DNA of 63,022 nucleotides, the filler included, from Reticulomyxa filosa (lineage: Eukaryota; Protista; Foraminifera): assembly GCA_000512085.1 (NCBI GenBank). It is 13 parts of 13 records of this genome, joined end to end, with 100 filler letters (N's around TTAATTAATTAA, not from the genome) between each part and the next. Parts side by side here need not be neighbours in the genome. Positions count along the whole stretch, not along the records: positions 34,294 to 61,618 come from ASPP01019206.1; positions 61,719 to 63,022 come from ASPP01018808.1; 11 more parts are not named here. One strand, 5' to 3'. Position numbers and translations under genes: made by a program. The notes beneath the pieces were generated by a model. That model was given only the letters and a program-made list of their open reading frames with translations, had not been told where the DNA came from and searched no databases. This document shows, piece after piece, positions 51,522-63,022 of this stretch. Position 1 is the first letter of the stretch; every line of letters begins with the position of its first letter.

Positions 51522-54500
51522 ATGCTCCCAAATAACAATAATATCATTGGAGTCCATTTAAATGTTGACACCCGCATTGTGGAATGGCTTATCAGGCCTC
51601 CATGTTTTGTGCACCAACATGAGGTCTTGGGGTTGTATGAGATGAATAATGAGAAAGTTCCTTTCGGAGCGCCCGTGCAAGGATTCATTGATGAGCTATT
51701 GATCAACGAAGGCGTGTTTGTGCCTTCCAAAACGGACTTGGTGGTGATAAACCCTTTGCCGCTTTCAAAGAGGGTCGAAGATGTCTGCATTGACAACAAT
51801 GAAATGGATGTGCCTGTAGTGATGGCAAGTGCATGTCCGCAGCCGTGCGAACATGCATTTGCACATGGACCACCTCTATCATCGTCTTCACCAATGGAAA
51901 TGGCAGTGCCAATATCACGACCCCTAAATGTATCACATGCGCCTCCGTTATTATTATCATCTCCTTCGTCGTCACTGTCATTTCCGATTCGGTTGACTCC
52001 GCCGACAATGGCAAAGACAACAATATCAACAACAGCAACAACAATAATAACAACAAATAATCTATCAACAACAGTGCCAGTGTTGATGCAGCCGCAGTTG
52101 TCATCGACCCCATCATCGTTTTCGCCAATGTTGATGGCGGCGAAAAATGAAATGTTGCCTCCCATGGATATGGAGCCATCCAACAAAAGCAATAGCAATA
52201 GCAATAGCAATAGCAATAACAATAACAATAACAATAGTAATAATAACAATAACAACGATAGCAAAGAAGATAATAATCATCGACACAAGCACAAGCGCAA
52301 ACATACAAAGAGACGCAATCAGTCCAGTCACTCGAAGTCCTCCTTGCCTTCTCGTTTCAAGACGTATACACAATCATCTTTGTCAAATTCGATGACTTCC
52401 ATTGGCAATGTCGATATCGGTGCGAGCGACCCTCATATTGTGACGATGAAGGACTACAACGATAGCAACAGTCGTGTTCATTCTCCGACGGCCATGAATA
52501 CTGCTTCTGTTACAACAGCAGCAGGCATTCCAAGCATGGCGGACAAAGATAAATTGGTGTTGGTGTTGGATATTGATCACACGTTGGTGCACAGCAGCTG
52601 TGATATGCGTTGTGAAAAGCTAATGACTGTGGGTTCGTTGAAGGATGACATTTACAAGATTGAAATCAAGTCCTTCAGCAATCACTTTGTAAAGCTGCGT
52701 CCGTACGTGCGGGAGTTTTTGCAGCGCGTGGCACCTTACTTCCATATCTGCGCATACACAATGGGCACGCGCAATTACACCAATAAAATTGTCGACATTT
52801 TGGATCCCACGCATACCATCTTCAGTCACAAGGTCCCGTTCATGTGTCGCACCAATGACTCTCTCAAACGAGACGACAAACTCTTGAACGATGTCAGTCC
52901 GTGCACCTCTTCTGCTTCTCTTGCTTGCAATGCCAATAATCACTTGCATTCGAATGCAAATGTCGCTGCTAATAATATAGCCACAAACGAAAATGCAAAC
53001 ACAAATGTCAATATCAACATAAACACAACTACAAATATAAATTCAAATTCAAATTCAAATTCAAATTCAAATTCAAATTCAAATTCAAATACAAATACAA
53101 ATGCAAATACAAATGCAAATGCAAATATAAGTGTGAATAATACTGTTGCTAATAACAATGCTCCCATCAAATCTTTGCACAAATTAATAGACGCTGCCAA
53201 ACGATTGAGTATAAATCGTTACAAAGACTGTCTTGACGACACTGGCCAAAATGCTTTTCTGCTTCCCCTTTCGTCAAATAACTCTGCTTCAGTTTTGTGT
53301 TTTACCTAAACAAACAACAGACAGACAAATCATATAAACAAAAAAAAACCAAAAAAAAAAAAAAAGAAAACAGAAAACAGAAAACAAAAATAAAAAAAAA
53401 TGTTCCCCACCATCTTTGTTTTGTTTTTGTTTTTGTGTGTTTGGACTGCGCACACAAAAAGTGACAACAACAAAATGGTGGATGATGAAATACAAAGGAA
53501 CGGACAGAAACCCATGGTTGGACGATTGAAGACGCGGTGATTGTGGATGACCGAATCAACAACTGGTGTTCGGATAGTGTTCCACATGTCCTTCGAATAC
53601 CACGCTACCAATTTTGGCCAATTGACGAGTTTGAGGATAAGCTGTTGGCGGAAGACGGAGAAATAGACTGTTCGAATGACGACAACAATAATAATAATAA
53701 TAATAATAATAAAAACAAAAATAATAATAACAATAATAACAATAATAATAATAATAATAATAACGCAAATGACAATAGCAATGAAAATGATGACAACAAG
53801 AACGAAGAGATGAACGAAAACATCGATCCAATGGACAGTGGAGACAGCCATCGGAAACGTCTTCGAAAGAACGACATCGAGAAACCAAAGAACAACGAGT
53901 TTTTGACAGACGAGCAATACTATCGTCGGCCGCGGTTTAATGAGAGAGATTGGGACAGCGAAAAGTGCGTGGAAAGACAGCAAAGTGACAATATACTGCT
54001 GACAGTCGCCAATGTACTAAAATGTGTGTACTTAGAGTACCAACGCATCAAACAAGAGAAGAACAACTCAAAGCATTTGTCCAACGATCCTCGCAAACGC
54101 AATGCGGTGCCTTCGTTACATTGTGGGGACATACTGTCACGTGTCAAGAAGACCACATTGCAAGGGAGTGTCTGCGTGTTCAGTGGCATCTTCCCCGTCG
54201 ATCGAGTTCCGATGGAACAGAACATATGGAAGTTGGCCCAAGAGTTTGGAGCCACTTGCACCGCGCAATATTCGCCCGACGTAGTCACTCACGTCATCGC
54301 TGCCGTGCGAGGCACGACAAAGGTGCAGCAGTCCAAAAAAGACCGCGTTTGGTGCGAACATGTCAATTGGCTGTTCGAATCGGTGTTCCATTTCCAGCGC
54401 TGCGACGAACTCAAGTATTGGTTTGGTCATAAAAATGCCTCCAAACCTGTGGTTTGTTCTACATCTATTACCAATCTTCGATTCACACACAATGTATTGT

Positions 54501-55712
54501 ATTGTATTGTATTGTATTGCACACACATATATGTACATATATATATGTATATCTTCTTCATCATTTGCAAACTCTTTCTTTTTTGTAGTTTTGTTGGCTT
54601 GTGCTTGTATGTTTGGCGAAAAACAGAGCCTGCTCCATAAAGACGTAGTAACGACGGAAAAATTGCTGGAAAAACTGAACAATCCCAAACATCACTCGTT
54701 TGTGGTAACCAAAGCTCCAAAAGTGGAAGAGGTAAGAGAAGTGGCTCCATTAGGGGGAAGGCCAACCAATGACAGCAGAGACAAACACAGTGTTGTGTCG
54801 CCAAGTCGAGGGGGGTCCACACGCAAAACGAAAAGTAAAGGCAAAACCAAAAGCAAGACTAAATCAAAGAGCAAACAATCGAAGCCTCCCAATGCTTTGA
54901 ATGCTTCGAATGCTTCGAATACTTCTAATGCTTCGAATGTTTCATTGCCTCTATCTTTGCCTGGTTCGCAAGGGGATCCTCCCTCTTCTTCTTCTTCTTC
55001 TTCTTCTTCGTCCTCCTCCACGTGCTCCAATCCTAGCAACAACAGCAATGTCGTCACAATCGACACTATTCGCAAAGAATTAATCGCCTATTTGAAAGAA
55101 AAGTTCTTCACTCCTTTGGATATTGTGAAGAAGCATTTATTCACGAAGTTCGGGGAACACTTGGTTCTTCAATTGTGCGATATCAATGACGTGAAGGCCT
55201 TTTTGAATCAAATGGGTAAAAGTGATTTCGTGTGCATTGATCCTGGTAACGAACCGTGTTTGATTGGGCTTACCAAAGTCTATCTCGGTCAAGATTTTGC
55301 TTCCACCGATACAAATTCAAACTCCAACACTAATTCCAATTCCAATTCCAATTCTAATTCTAATTCTAATTCTAGTCCCAGTTCTAATTCATTGGCTGAC
55401 GAAGCACATTCCAATAACACTGCCTCGAGCAATCCCTTGCAGTCGGCTGCAGACGATGTGGATATGAAAAAGCTGGATGTCGTAATGGAAAAGATAGCAG
55501 CTCCAAGGAGGGACCCTGTCAAGCGTGCAAAAGCCAAAACCATCGAATCAAAACGGGTTGTTGTCAAAAACGTTAACATTCCTGAACCTGTTTTGTTTCA
55601 AGATCTTTGGGACAATCAACAACCTCACCTCGACAAAAGCAAACTTGAAATCGAACATCGTGACCATTGTTCACAAATGTTTCGTAACGTTTCATTCTTT
55701 TTCTTCTCCCTT

Positions 55713-55750
<38 letters not shown>

Positions 55751-56815
55751 GTTAATGGAAGATAATGACATCCGTTTGAGACCTATGCAAGCAAAAGTAC
55801 GCAGAACAAACCTTCAAAGACCACGTGAAATTCATAACGATTTACCCATTGAATGCACTAGCCAATGGCGCGAATCTATATTGCCACTGCCAAGACCTAT
55901 AATTTATTCTGATAATGCCAACATAATTAATCAACAAGCCACTCTGATACCTGTTATGTGGTTGCTATTTTCATTGCTTTGTGTTTTTGCATTACATTAC
56001 TTTATCTTCGCGTTGCATCATGAGATCAACTCTTGTATTGTTTGTTTCCTCCCCTCTCTTCCAACAGTCGGCAATGCCGGATCCCTTGGGTAATCAACAT
56101 TTGCTAAACAGAGATGAAGACACGAGAAATGGTCCCCATTTTACAAGAAACAATCCGACATTCAATTTGGAAAGATCTGCTTGCGCAAACGAAACAAATC
56201 AAATAATTTTGCACACACCGATTGGACAACCGCACAATTTTGAACAAAGGAACTTTAATGATTCTCATAACTTCGAATATGTTTCTGGTTCTTCACGGCG
56301 TTCTCGCTCTCCTATGCACAGGCAACGAATTGAAAGGCATTCTAATTATACCTTTAAATCACGATCTCGTTCAAGACATCGGAGTCACCGACGAGAAAGC
56401 AAAAGCCCAGACAAAGACCGATTCAAAGAAAGAGAACGAGAGCGAGAACGAGAACGAGAACGAAAAAGAGAAAAAGAAAGAGATCGAGGAAGAGACTCTG
56501 CGAGACACACTGACTACAAACGAAACACGCACAAGAATGACTCCAAACGTAATAGTGGCTACAAACATGAGCACAGTGATTTAAATAGAAAGGAGAGTAA
56601 GTCAAAAGATAGTAACAAGTATCGGAAAGGACATGAAGAAGAAAAAGAAGATGATTTGTTTGGTTTACTTCTCAAGTTTGTTCATTTCTTATTTTTCTCT
56701 CCTCTTACACACACTCAGTAATATTGTCACTTGTGTTTATCAGAGAACATGTGAAAGATCAAAGACATCAAAGTTACGACAAACGGTAAATGCAGAGCCT
56801 GCTGACTTGGTGTGA
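51522..56815 (+). CDS. FCP1: RNA polymerase II CTD phosphatase FCP1 (FCPH + BRCT) with Asn-rich inserts and RS/RE tail; 3' end approximate
   Basis: LVLDIDHTLVH (DxDxT), VKLRPY.REFL, YTMGTRNY, IVDDR..W, BRCT VFSGIFP...VTHVIA...WL.ES. Confidence 0.9.
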
Positions 56816-57330
56816 TTCATATTTGGCATATCTTATGGTCTTGCGTAATGTATGTGTGGCAAAAACCTGGCCAATACATTCGTATAGAAAAAAAATGTCG
56901 AGTTTATGTTTGATTTCCCTTTTTTTTTAAATATTTGTTTATTTGACTCTTGGGTGCAAAATTGAGCAAGATGAAAAATTTATGCGTTTTCAATGTCTTT
57001 CCATAATTTTGTTGTGTGACGTTATCAGAAAAGAAAAAGCACACGGTGAAATTTTGGTTGGTGTTTTTTTCTAACCCATAACCAAAGTTTAGGAGGCCTT
57101 TTGATAATGCAAACTCACAACCGTTTGGATCCAGAAATTATTTTTTACGTTAATAGCTATATTTTTATTTTGTCTTCTCAAACCGCAAACCTGGGAATGT
57201 GAATTAATGTTGATTTAAAAATAAGTCAAAGATATTTTGTGTCCGACTTGTGATGTGGAAGTTTTAAATAAATTTCTAGCAACCAAAATGTTATTCAATT
57301 TTCGTTGCAACAGAATTTTTTGTATGTTTG

Positions 57331-58768
57331 TTAAGATTTCTCAGTGAGAACACTTTGTTTAATATCTTCGATTATTTTTGCCCCTCCAATTTTTCTAATT
57401 TCATCAGCAACGGTTACTCCTAACTGTCTTGCACACTTTACATTTTTTTCAGTGTCCTCTTTTACATTAGAAAGTTCAGTGCATTCGTAGTGTGACTTTG
57501 CTTCGGCCCCATCCTGTGTCAATACGACAGCGTAGAGGCTTAAAAGCACCTTCCCAGTGTTACCTAGTTTTGGCCAACATAAAAAAAGAGAAGACAAACG
57601 GGATGCAATAGTAGTTCAAAAAAACATGAAAAGAATTATAATAACTTTGTTGTGGAAGCAAAGAGAAGCATGCTTGACACTTTCGTAGATCCGCCTTGTT
57701 TCGCATTTTGCAAGTTTTACATTGCTGCAGTACTATGACATGATCCAAATATGTATATCACGTTAAAGAATGATACGCTGACAGCCTTTTATCTCGTTGA
57801 GACTTTAAACATTGAAAAAAAAAAAAGACCATTTGCTTAACGATAAGTCCGAACTGCTACAGGTACCTTGCACCCACCCTCCAATTCTCTAAGCAGAGAT
57901 CTCTCAGCTTCACATAACAACTGTGTATAAATATCATTCAGTTGTGAAAAACGTGACTGCAGATTAGCATCATGTGATTGTTCCGAAGAATTGATAGTCC
58001 ATTTGGAAGAACGACACACGAGAGCCAAAGCTCCCTGTCCAACACAATAAGGAAATTGGATATCGCTTAGTTTTGTTACACACAAATCCTTGACGTTTTC
58101 ATTGTTTCGCTTCGTCCATTCCAATCGATCAACGCCCACATATGCCAACATAATTGCATCAAACAACTGTTCCTTCAACAACTTATTCAAGCGTGTTCCC
58201 AAATTGCCTCGAATTTCTTCAATGGAATATATATCATCAACGTTTTCTGCTTGTGGATGTTGTGCTCGGAAAAAGCGTCTCAATAATGCCTTCCTGCGCA
58301 AAGAGGATGTTCCAATTTTCGAGCCCTTTTTTTTTTTTTTTTTTGAAGTCATAAAAAAAAAAAGTACAAACAACCGGGAAAACTAACATGAGGCAGCTGT
58401 GACAACGTTGTGACATTTTTATGTTTTGCTTGATCGATTAGAATGCAATCATTTGGTGCTTCACGTTTTAAATAACAGATTATTTCCATTCTTGAGTCTA
58501 GTACAGTTGGAAGATCTTTTACACAGTGCACTGCACAATCAACTTGACGGTTGAGTAGAATGTCATCCAGTTCTTTTGTGAATACACCCTTGTCACTGAA
58601 TTTGGATAGTGGAAGCTCTGTATTTTTATCGCCCTGCGTCTTTCGTGATATTAGCTCAAATGTTATGGAGGGAAACTTTTCTTGCAGAAGTTTTTGTGCG
58701 TGCCTCGCTTGCCACATTGCCAAAGGTGATTCTCTTGTTCCAATCTTTATTATTTCTACAGAAGTCAT
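57331..58768 (-). CDS. HMBS: Porphobilinogen deaminase (hydroxymethylbilane synthase) with an inserted zinc-finger exon
   Basis: IGTRESPLAMWQA, KGVFTKEL, AVHCVKDLP, GTSSLRR, IRGN..TRL.KL, GQGAL, AERSLLRELEGGCKVP; introns 58326-58387, 57733-57841, 57564-57645. Confidence 0.95.
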
Positions 58769-59405
58769 CTTATTTTCTTTGCAAATATGTAGATCAATAC
58801 TTTTAAACTTGATCTTCAATAAGCTAGGCTATGATTATTTTTTTAAAAAAATGAACGAATTCTTTCTTTACGTCCCTCTTAGACAGTGTGATAAGTTTTT
58901 CGGTTTCTTCATTATTTGCCAGTATTTTCAAGATCTTAAACAAGAATAGGCTAAGGCAGCATACTTAAAAATCGTGTGAAGCTTATAGCTTGCCATCTCT
59001 TCGTTTTGATTTTTTCCAGATCATGAACATTTAATTGAAATTTGAAAAATTGAGTTTATACAAATGTATAGATTAATTTAAAATTACAATAATATATTGT
59101 TGCAAAGTGAGTTTTTGAAAAAACTAACCTAAGATTATTTTGTTGAAAATATTTGGGTTTTTTAAAATACGCGCAACACAAACCCTGTTCTGCATATGAA
59201 AACATCTGCTTATCATTTCAATCAAGTATCTATTGGTTCCAAAAAGAATTTGAAAAAGGAATCAGCCACCAACACGGATTCTTCTTCCACCTCAACAAAG
59301 AGACATTTTTTGAAAAATTTCCAGTATGCCCACAAGTTCACACAACATCTCTTTGTGCACAAATGATGAGTAAATCCAAAAAAAAAAATTTTTTTTGAAT
59401 GGGCT

Positions 59406-61571
59406 ATGTTGTGCAGAGCAAATAATAATCATTGTCAGCAATTAGACAGCACAATGTCCGGCTGCAATGTGGATGGCAAAAAGGATGCAAGATACAATGC
59501 CAGACTTCCGTTGCATGAGTTGTCTAATACCAAACATGCATTAAACATGACAACACAGAGTGGGGCTGTAAAAGCGACCAACTTGGAAGGGATGCGCAAA
59601 AAAAAGGCACTCATTTCAGAAAATGACAAAGGGAGCACTTTCCAGCACTGGAAGCTATCCAAATACAAGACTACGAGCAAAAGTGATGACTTGTTACGAA
59701 AAAGTCAGCCGCAGTCGATCATTGGAACTCACACGCAAACTGAAAAAGCAACAAGTTGTGCCTTGTCTCACACGAACAATGAAGCATTTATAACCCAAAA
59801 CAAGGCAATGCAAAAACTGGCAGCTGCCAAAGAAAAGTTGCACTATCGCAACTTTTTGAGTGATAAAGAGTCAGTTGGTCTTTGTACACATATGTATACG
59901 TTGTTTTGTTTTGTTTGTTTTGTTCTTTTTTAATTTGAATGAACCTTTGGCCAAATGAAATAAATATTGTATAAATAAATAAAATAAATACATGCATATA
60001 TATGTACACCTTCAAAGAAACACGCAAAGCAGCAGAACAAAGAAATCGGGTTGGTCCCAGAATGTCTTGACAAGTGGCTCGAATGAAGATGATAGCATTG
60101 TCAAGACAAGAGCGGATATCTGCGCTTCGAAACTGGACCGCATTGACAATTATGAGTATCGTCTACAGAACAAGCGTAATCGGGCCACCGATGCCTCGAC
60201 GGACAATGATCACAAGGTTGGCAGAAATGAGATTGGTTTGAACGGGACATTGACAAGTGGCATGAATGTTCACTGTGCAAGTATCGAAGACAAAAACGGA
60301 GACAAGGAGGATGAGGAGACCAGGAACACGCACAAAAACGCCGACATCGATGCGTTGTCGATCAATGAGGAAAAAACTCTCTGCGATATTCTCGGACAGA
60401 CAGTGGAGACAAAAGGGCATGACTGTGAGAGTCTAATAAACAAGAACCATGACAAGGACAATGAACAATTAACAAGGATTAAAAAAAAAGAAAAAGAAGA
60501 AGGAGAATGTTTGTTGACCGGTTTGGAGATTTCAAAAGAAGAGAAAAGATTTGGGCCAGAAGTACAGATGAAGAGATCAAGTGCCGAAAACGCTTTCAAT
60601 GCTGACGAAGCAAAAAATCGCGATTTGTATTCTGTGTTGAATACAGATATTGGTGTGAATCAGCGCGGAGTGGTGGATGATGTCCAAGTGCAAAGAGATA
60701 AAAGGGATTCATTGCCGTTTGATTTAATGTCTGCAAATTGGAATGTTTGTGATCCTGCACTAAAATATAAAGTATATGGTGGCAGTGATGACGATACTTG
60801 GGCCAAATACCCAATTGATCAGGTGCAACGAGATAACGAAACCAAACCTAATGTCCCAGAACTTAGTTTGTTGAGTGACTTTACCCTCAACAGTCATTCC
60901 AATCTTGGCGATAGCAACGGGTCGAATGTGTTCCGAAAGAGTGCGGACAAGTCACTGCACGTTTTTCCTAGCAACGAAAAAAGAACAGAACAAAAACATT
61001 GGAAATTGTCAGATGTACAACCTGTGCCCTTATCTGAGTGCGTTTGCAGCAACAATGGCCAAAAACAGAGAGAAAAAAAAAACAAACAAACAATAAAGAA
61101 ATTATTATTATTTTTTTTTTTTTTTTGGTGTTTCATATAAAAATACGCATACACTACTTTTGTAATAAATTGGTTTAAAAAAAAAAAAATAGGAAAGAAA
61201 AGGGAACACATGAACAGCGAATGTCGAAAATTGGGAAAGTGGCTTCCGGAAATGACGTGAACAATAGCATTGGTGACTCCAAAGTCGATGCGATTTGCAA
61301 GACATTGCAACACAATCAAATACGACAGCCTCATCCGCAGCTGCAACCGCAATCACAGCAGTGTGATAGCGCTCCAAAAGAAAGATGGAAATTATCAGAT
61401 TTTGACATTGGTCCTTCCTTGGGTCGGGGGAAGTTTGGCAATGTTTATTTGGCAAGAGAGAAGCAATCCAAATTTACGTGTGCATTAAAAGTGTTGTATA
61501 AAAAACAATTGCAACAAGCTGAAGTTGAACATCAATTAAAAAGAGAAATTGAAATCCAAGCGCACTTGAGG
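59406..61571 (+). CDS. Aurora kinase with very long N-terminal extension (3' truncated by gap)
   Basis: [36 protein letters not shown]....[16 protein letters not shown]; upstream ORFs join in phase via GT-AG introns. Confidence 0.9.
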
Positions 61572-61718
61572 TATTTTTATTTATTGTCCTAAGCGAGCAC
61601 AATATATTGAGATTATATNNNNNNNNNNNNNNNNNNNNNNNNNNNNNNNNNNNNNNNNNNNNTTAATTAATTAANNNNNNNNNNNNNNNNNNNNNNNNNN
61701 NNNNNNNNNNNNNNNNNN

Positions 61719-62990
61719 CATACTTTTGTCCCAACAGCAGTTCAATTAACTCAATTGGAAGAGCAAAAGCAAAGAGGAAGAGTTGGCAATGCAAATATTA
61801 GTGGTGATTGTAGTAGTAGAAGTGAAAGTAGTCGATCAGAACAAGTATTGGGAGAAAGTCAAGATGAATCATTATTATCAAGTGTTGCATAGATCTTGCA
61901 AAAGGTGATGTATGTAGTGAAGAACAAAAAAGTAATATTACAATTATTATTAAATGGTAATAATATTGAACAAAAAAAAGCCAATGTCAAGATCGTGTAT
62001 GAAATGAAATACAAGATTGCTTTAAAACAATGGAAAGAACATCCAAGTCTTTCAACAGTTCATAAACAAATACAATTTTGGGAAGGAAAAAAAGCAGCAA
62101 TAGTAGAATTACAATCACCTGGTATTAAAATAATATTTTGGATAACAATATTTCCAAACATTAGATGTAGAAGATGCACAAAAAGAAGTAGATTTACATT
62201 ATGGTATATTAAGTGCATTTCCATTACAAAATGTAATTGTACAAGATTTAACAAAAGCAATAACAGAAATATTTAAATATTTGAAGAGATAGTATATTAT
62301 CAAAAGATGTAATGTTTATAAAATTAAAAAAATATATATAATGAATTAATCCTTCATTTTCAAATAAAGTAATTGAAGCATATGAAATATTTCGTATAGA
62401 CTCACAATGGAAACAATGTGTTGATATTTATAATAGTAAAATTGAAGAAGTTGAAGAACAATTACATTCAATGATACGTTCTAAAATGGAACAAGCAAGT
62501 GATCCAAGAGAAATGTTTCGTGATAAAATTCGTAATGCTATATGGGATTTTCAACAAGAATTAATTACTAATATTGAAAGAGAAGTAAAAGATTTACAAG
62601 AAAGATATCGTAAAATATATTCACTGAATTACGTGATATACCTTTTGTATCTGGTCAAGTTATATGATTGAAACACATGAAAAACATGTTGAAGCTGTTT
62701 TAGATGAAAAATGGCAAGAAAGATATAACAATGGACTACTGAAGCTAATTCTTTATCACAATTTAATACTGACAAAGGTATTTATGGAACGCATATATCA
62801 TTAAAAGTTAATTTTACTTTATTTAAAGAAATGAAAATATTAATTGCACAAAGGGCAATACAAAATAATCGTATTGATTTAAAAAGAATATATCCAGTAT
62901 CTGTTTAATTAAAAGAAGTTGTATTAATATTTACAAGAACTGCCAACAAATTGAGAGATCAAGTACATATGATGATGGAAATATAGTAAC
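61719..62990 (+). pseudogene. Very AT-rich degenerate coding-like sequence, family unknown
   Basis: Purine-rich broken ORFs on the plus strand (61896-62276, 62471-62671). Confidence 0.35.
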
Positions 62991-63022
62991 AGATAATAAT
63001 AGTAATAGTAATACAAATACAA

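Noticed and set aside
51467-53983. Long antisense ORFs (poly-L, poly-Y/C, poly-I) opposite FCP1
   Set aside because: Shadow frames of AAT/AAC and AATTCA microsatellites encoding Asn/Ser tracts.
58769-59405. Divergent HMBS/Aurora pair (also V-ATPase E/C2 and Grx-like/GSK3) as functional clusters
   Set aside because: No shared pathway or visible shared motif; expected in a compact genome.

Overview
This is not one contiguous locus. It is 13 draft contigs joined by 12 artificial 100-nt linkers (N44-TTAATTAATTAA-N44). The DNA is AT-rich, intron-rich eukaryotic nuclear sequence. Its WD40 and Kelch-like families resemble those expanded in the foraminiferan Reticulomyxa filosa (inference from recalled family motifs, not a database hit). 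Recognisable genes: mitoribosomal mL49, a POT transporter 3' end, an NADP-GDH 3' end, a 7TM-like protein, WD40, RPL19, a myristoylated ricin-B lectin, a large SPRY-like protein, RhoGAP, Ariadne-like, BI-1, V-ATPase E, a C2 protein, a Grx5-like protein, a GSK3-like kinase, MZT1, a CCCH protein, ASNSD1, a GT18/MGAT5-like glycosyltransferase, FCP1, HMBS and an Aurora kinase. Mobile DNA: a Tc1-like family with long terminal repeats (about 7 pieces) and a 215-233 bp TGT...ACA element with 4-bp TSDs (3 copies), nested within each other. The most unusual observations are (1) a symmetric 87-bp exon inserting a RanBP2-type zinc finger into porphobilinogen deaminase, (2) a recurrent shifted 5' splice consensus (GTTAAG/GTTGAG) with A-rich acceptors lacking a polypyrimidine tract, (3) a mitochondrial Grx5-fold protein without CGFS, and (4) a triple-nested transposon stack. 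Exon boundaries were inferred by hand from frame and homology.
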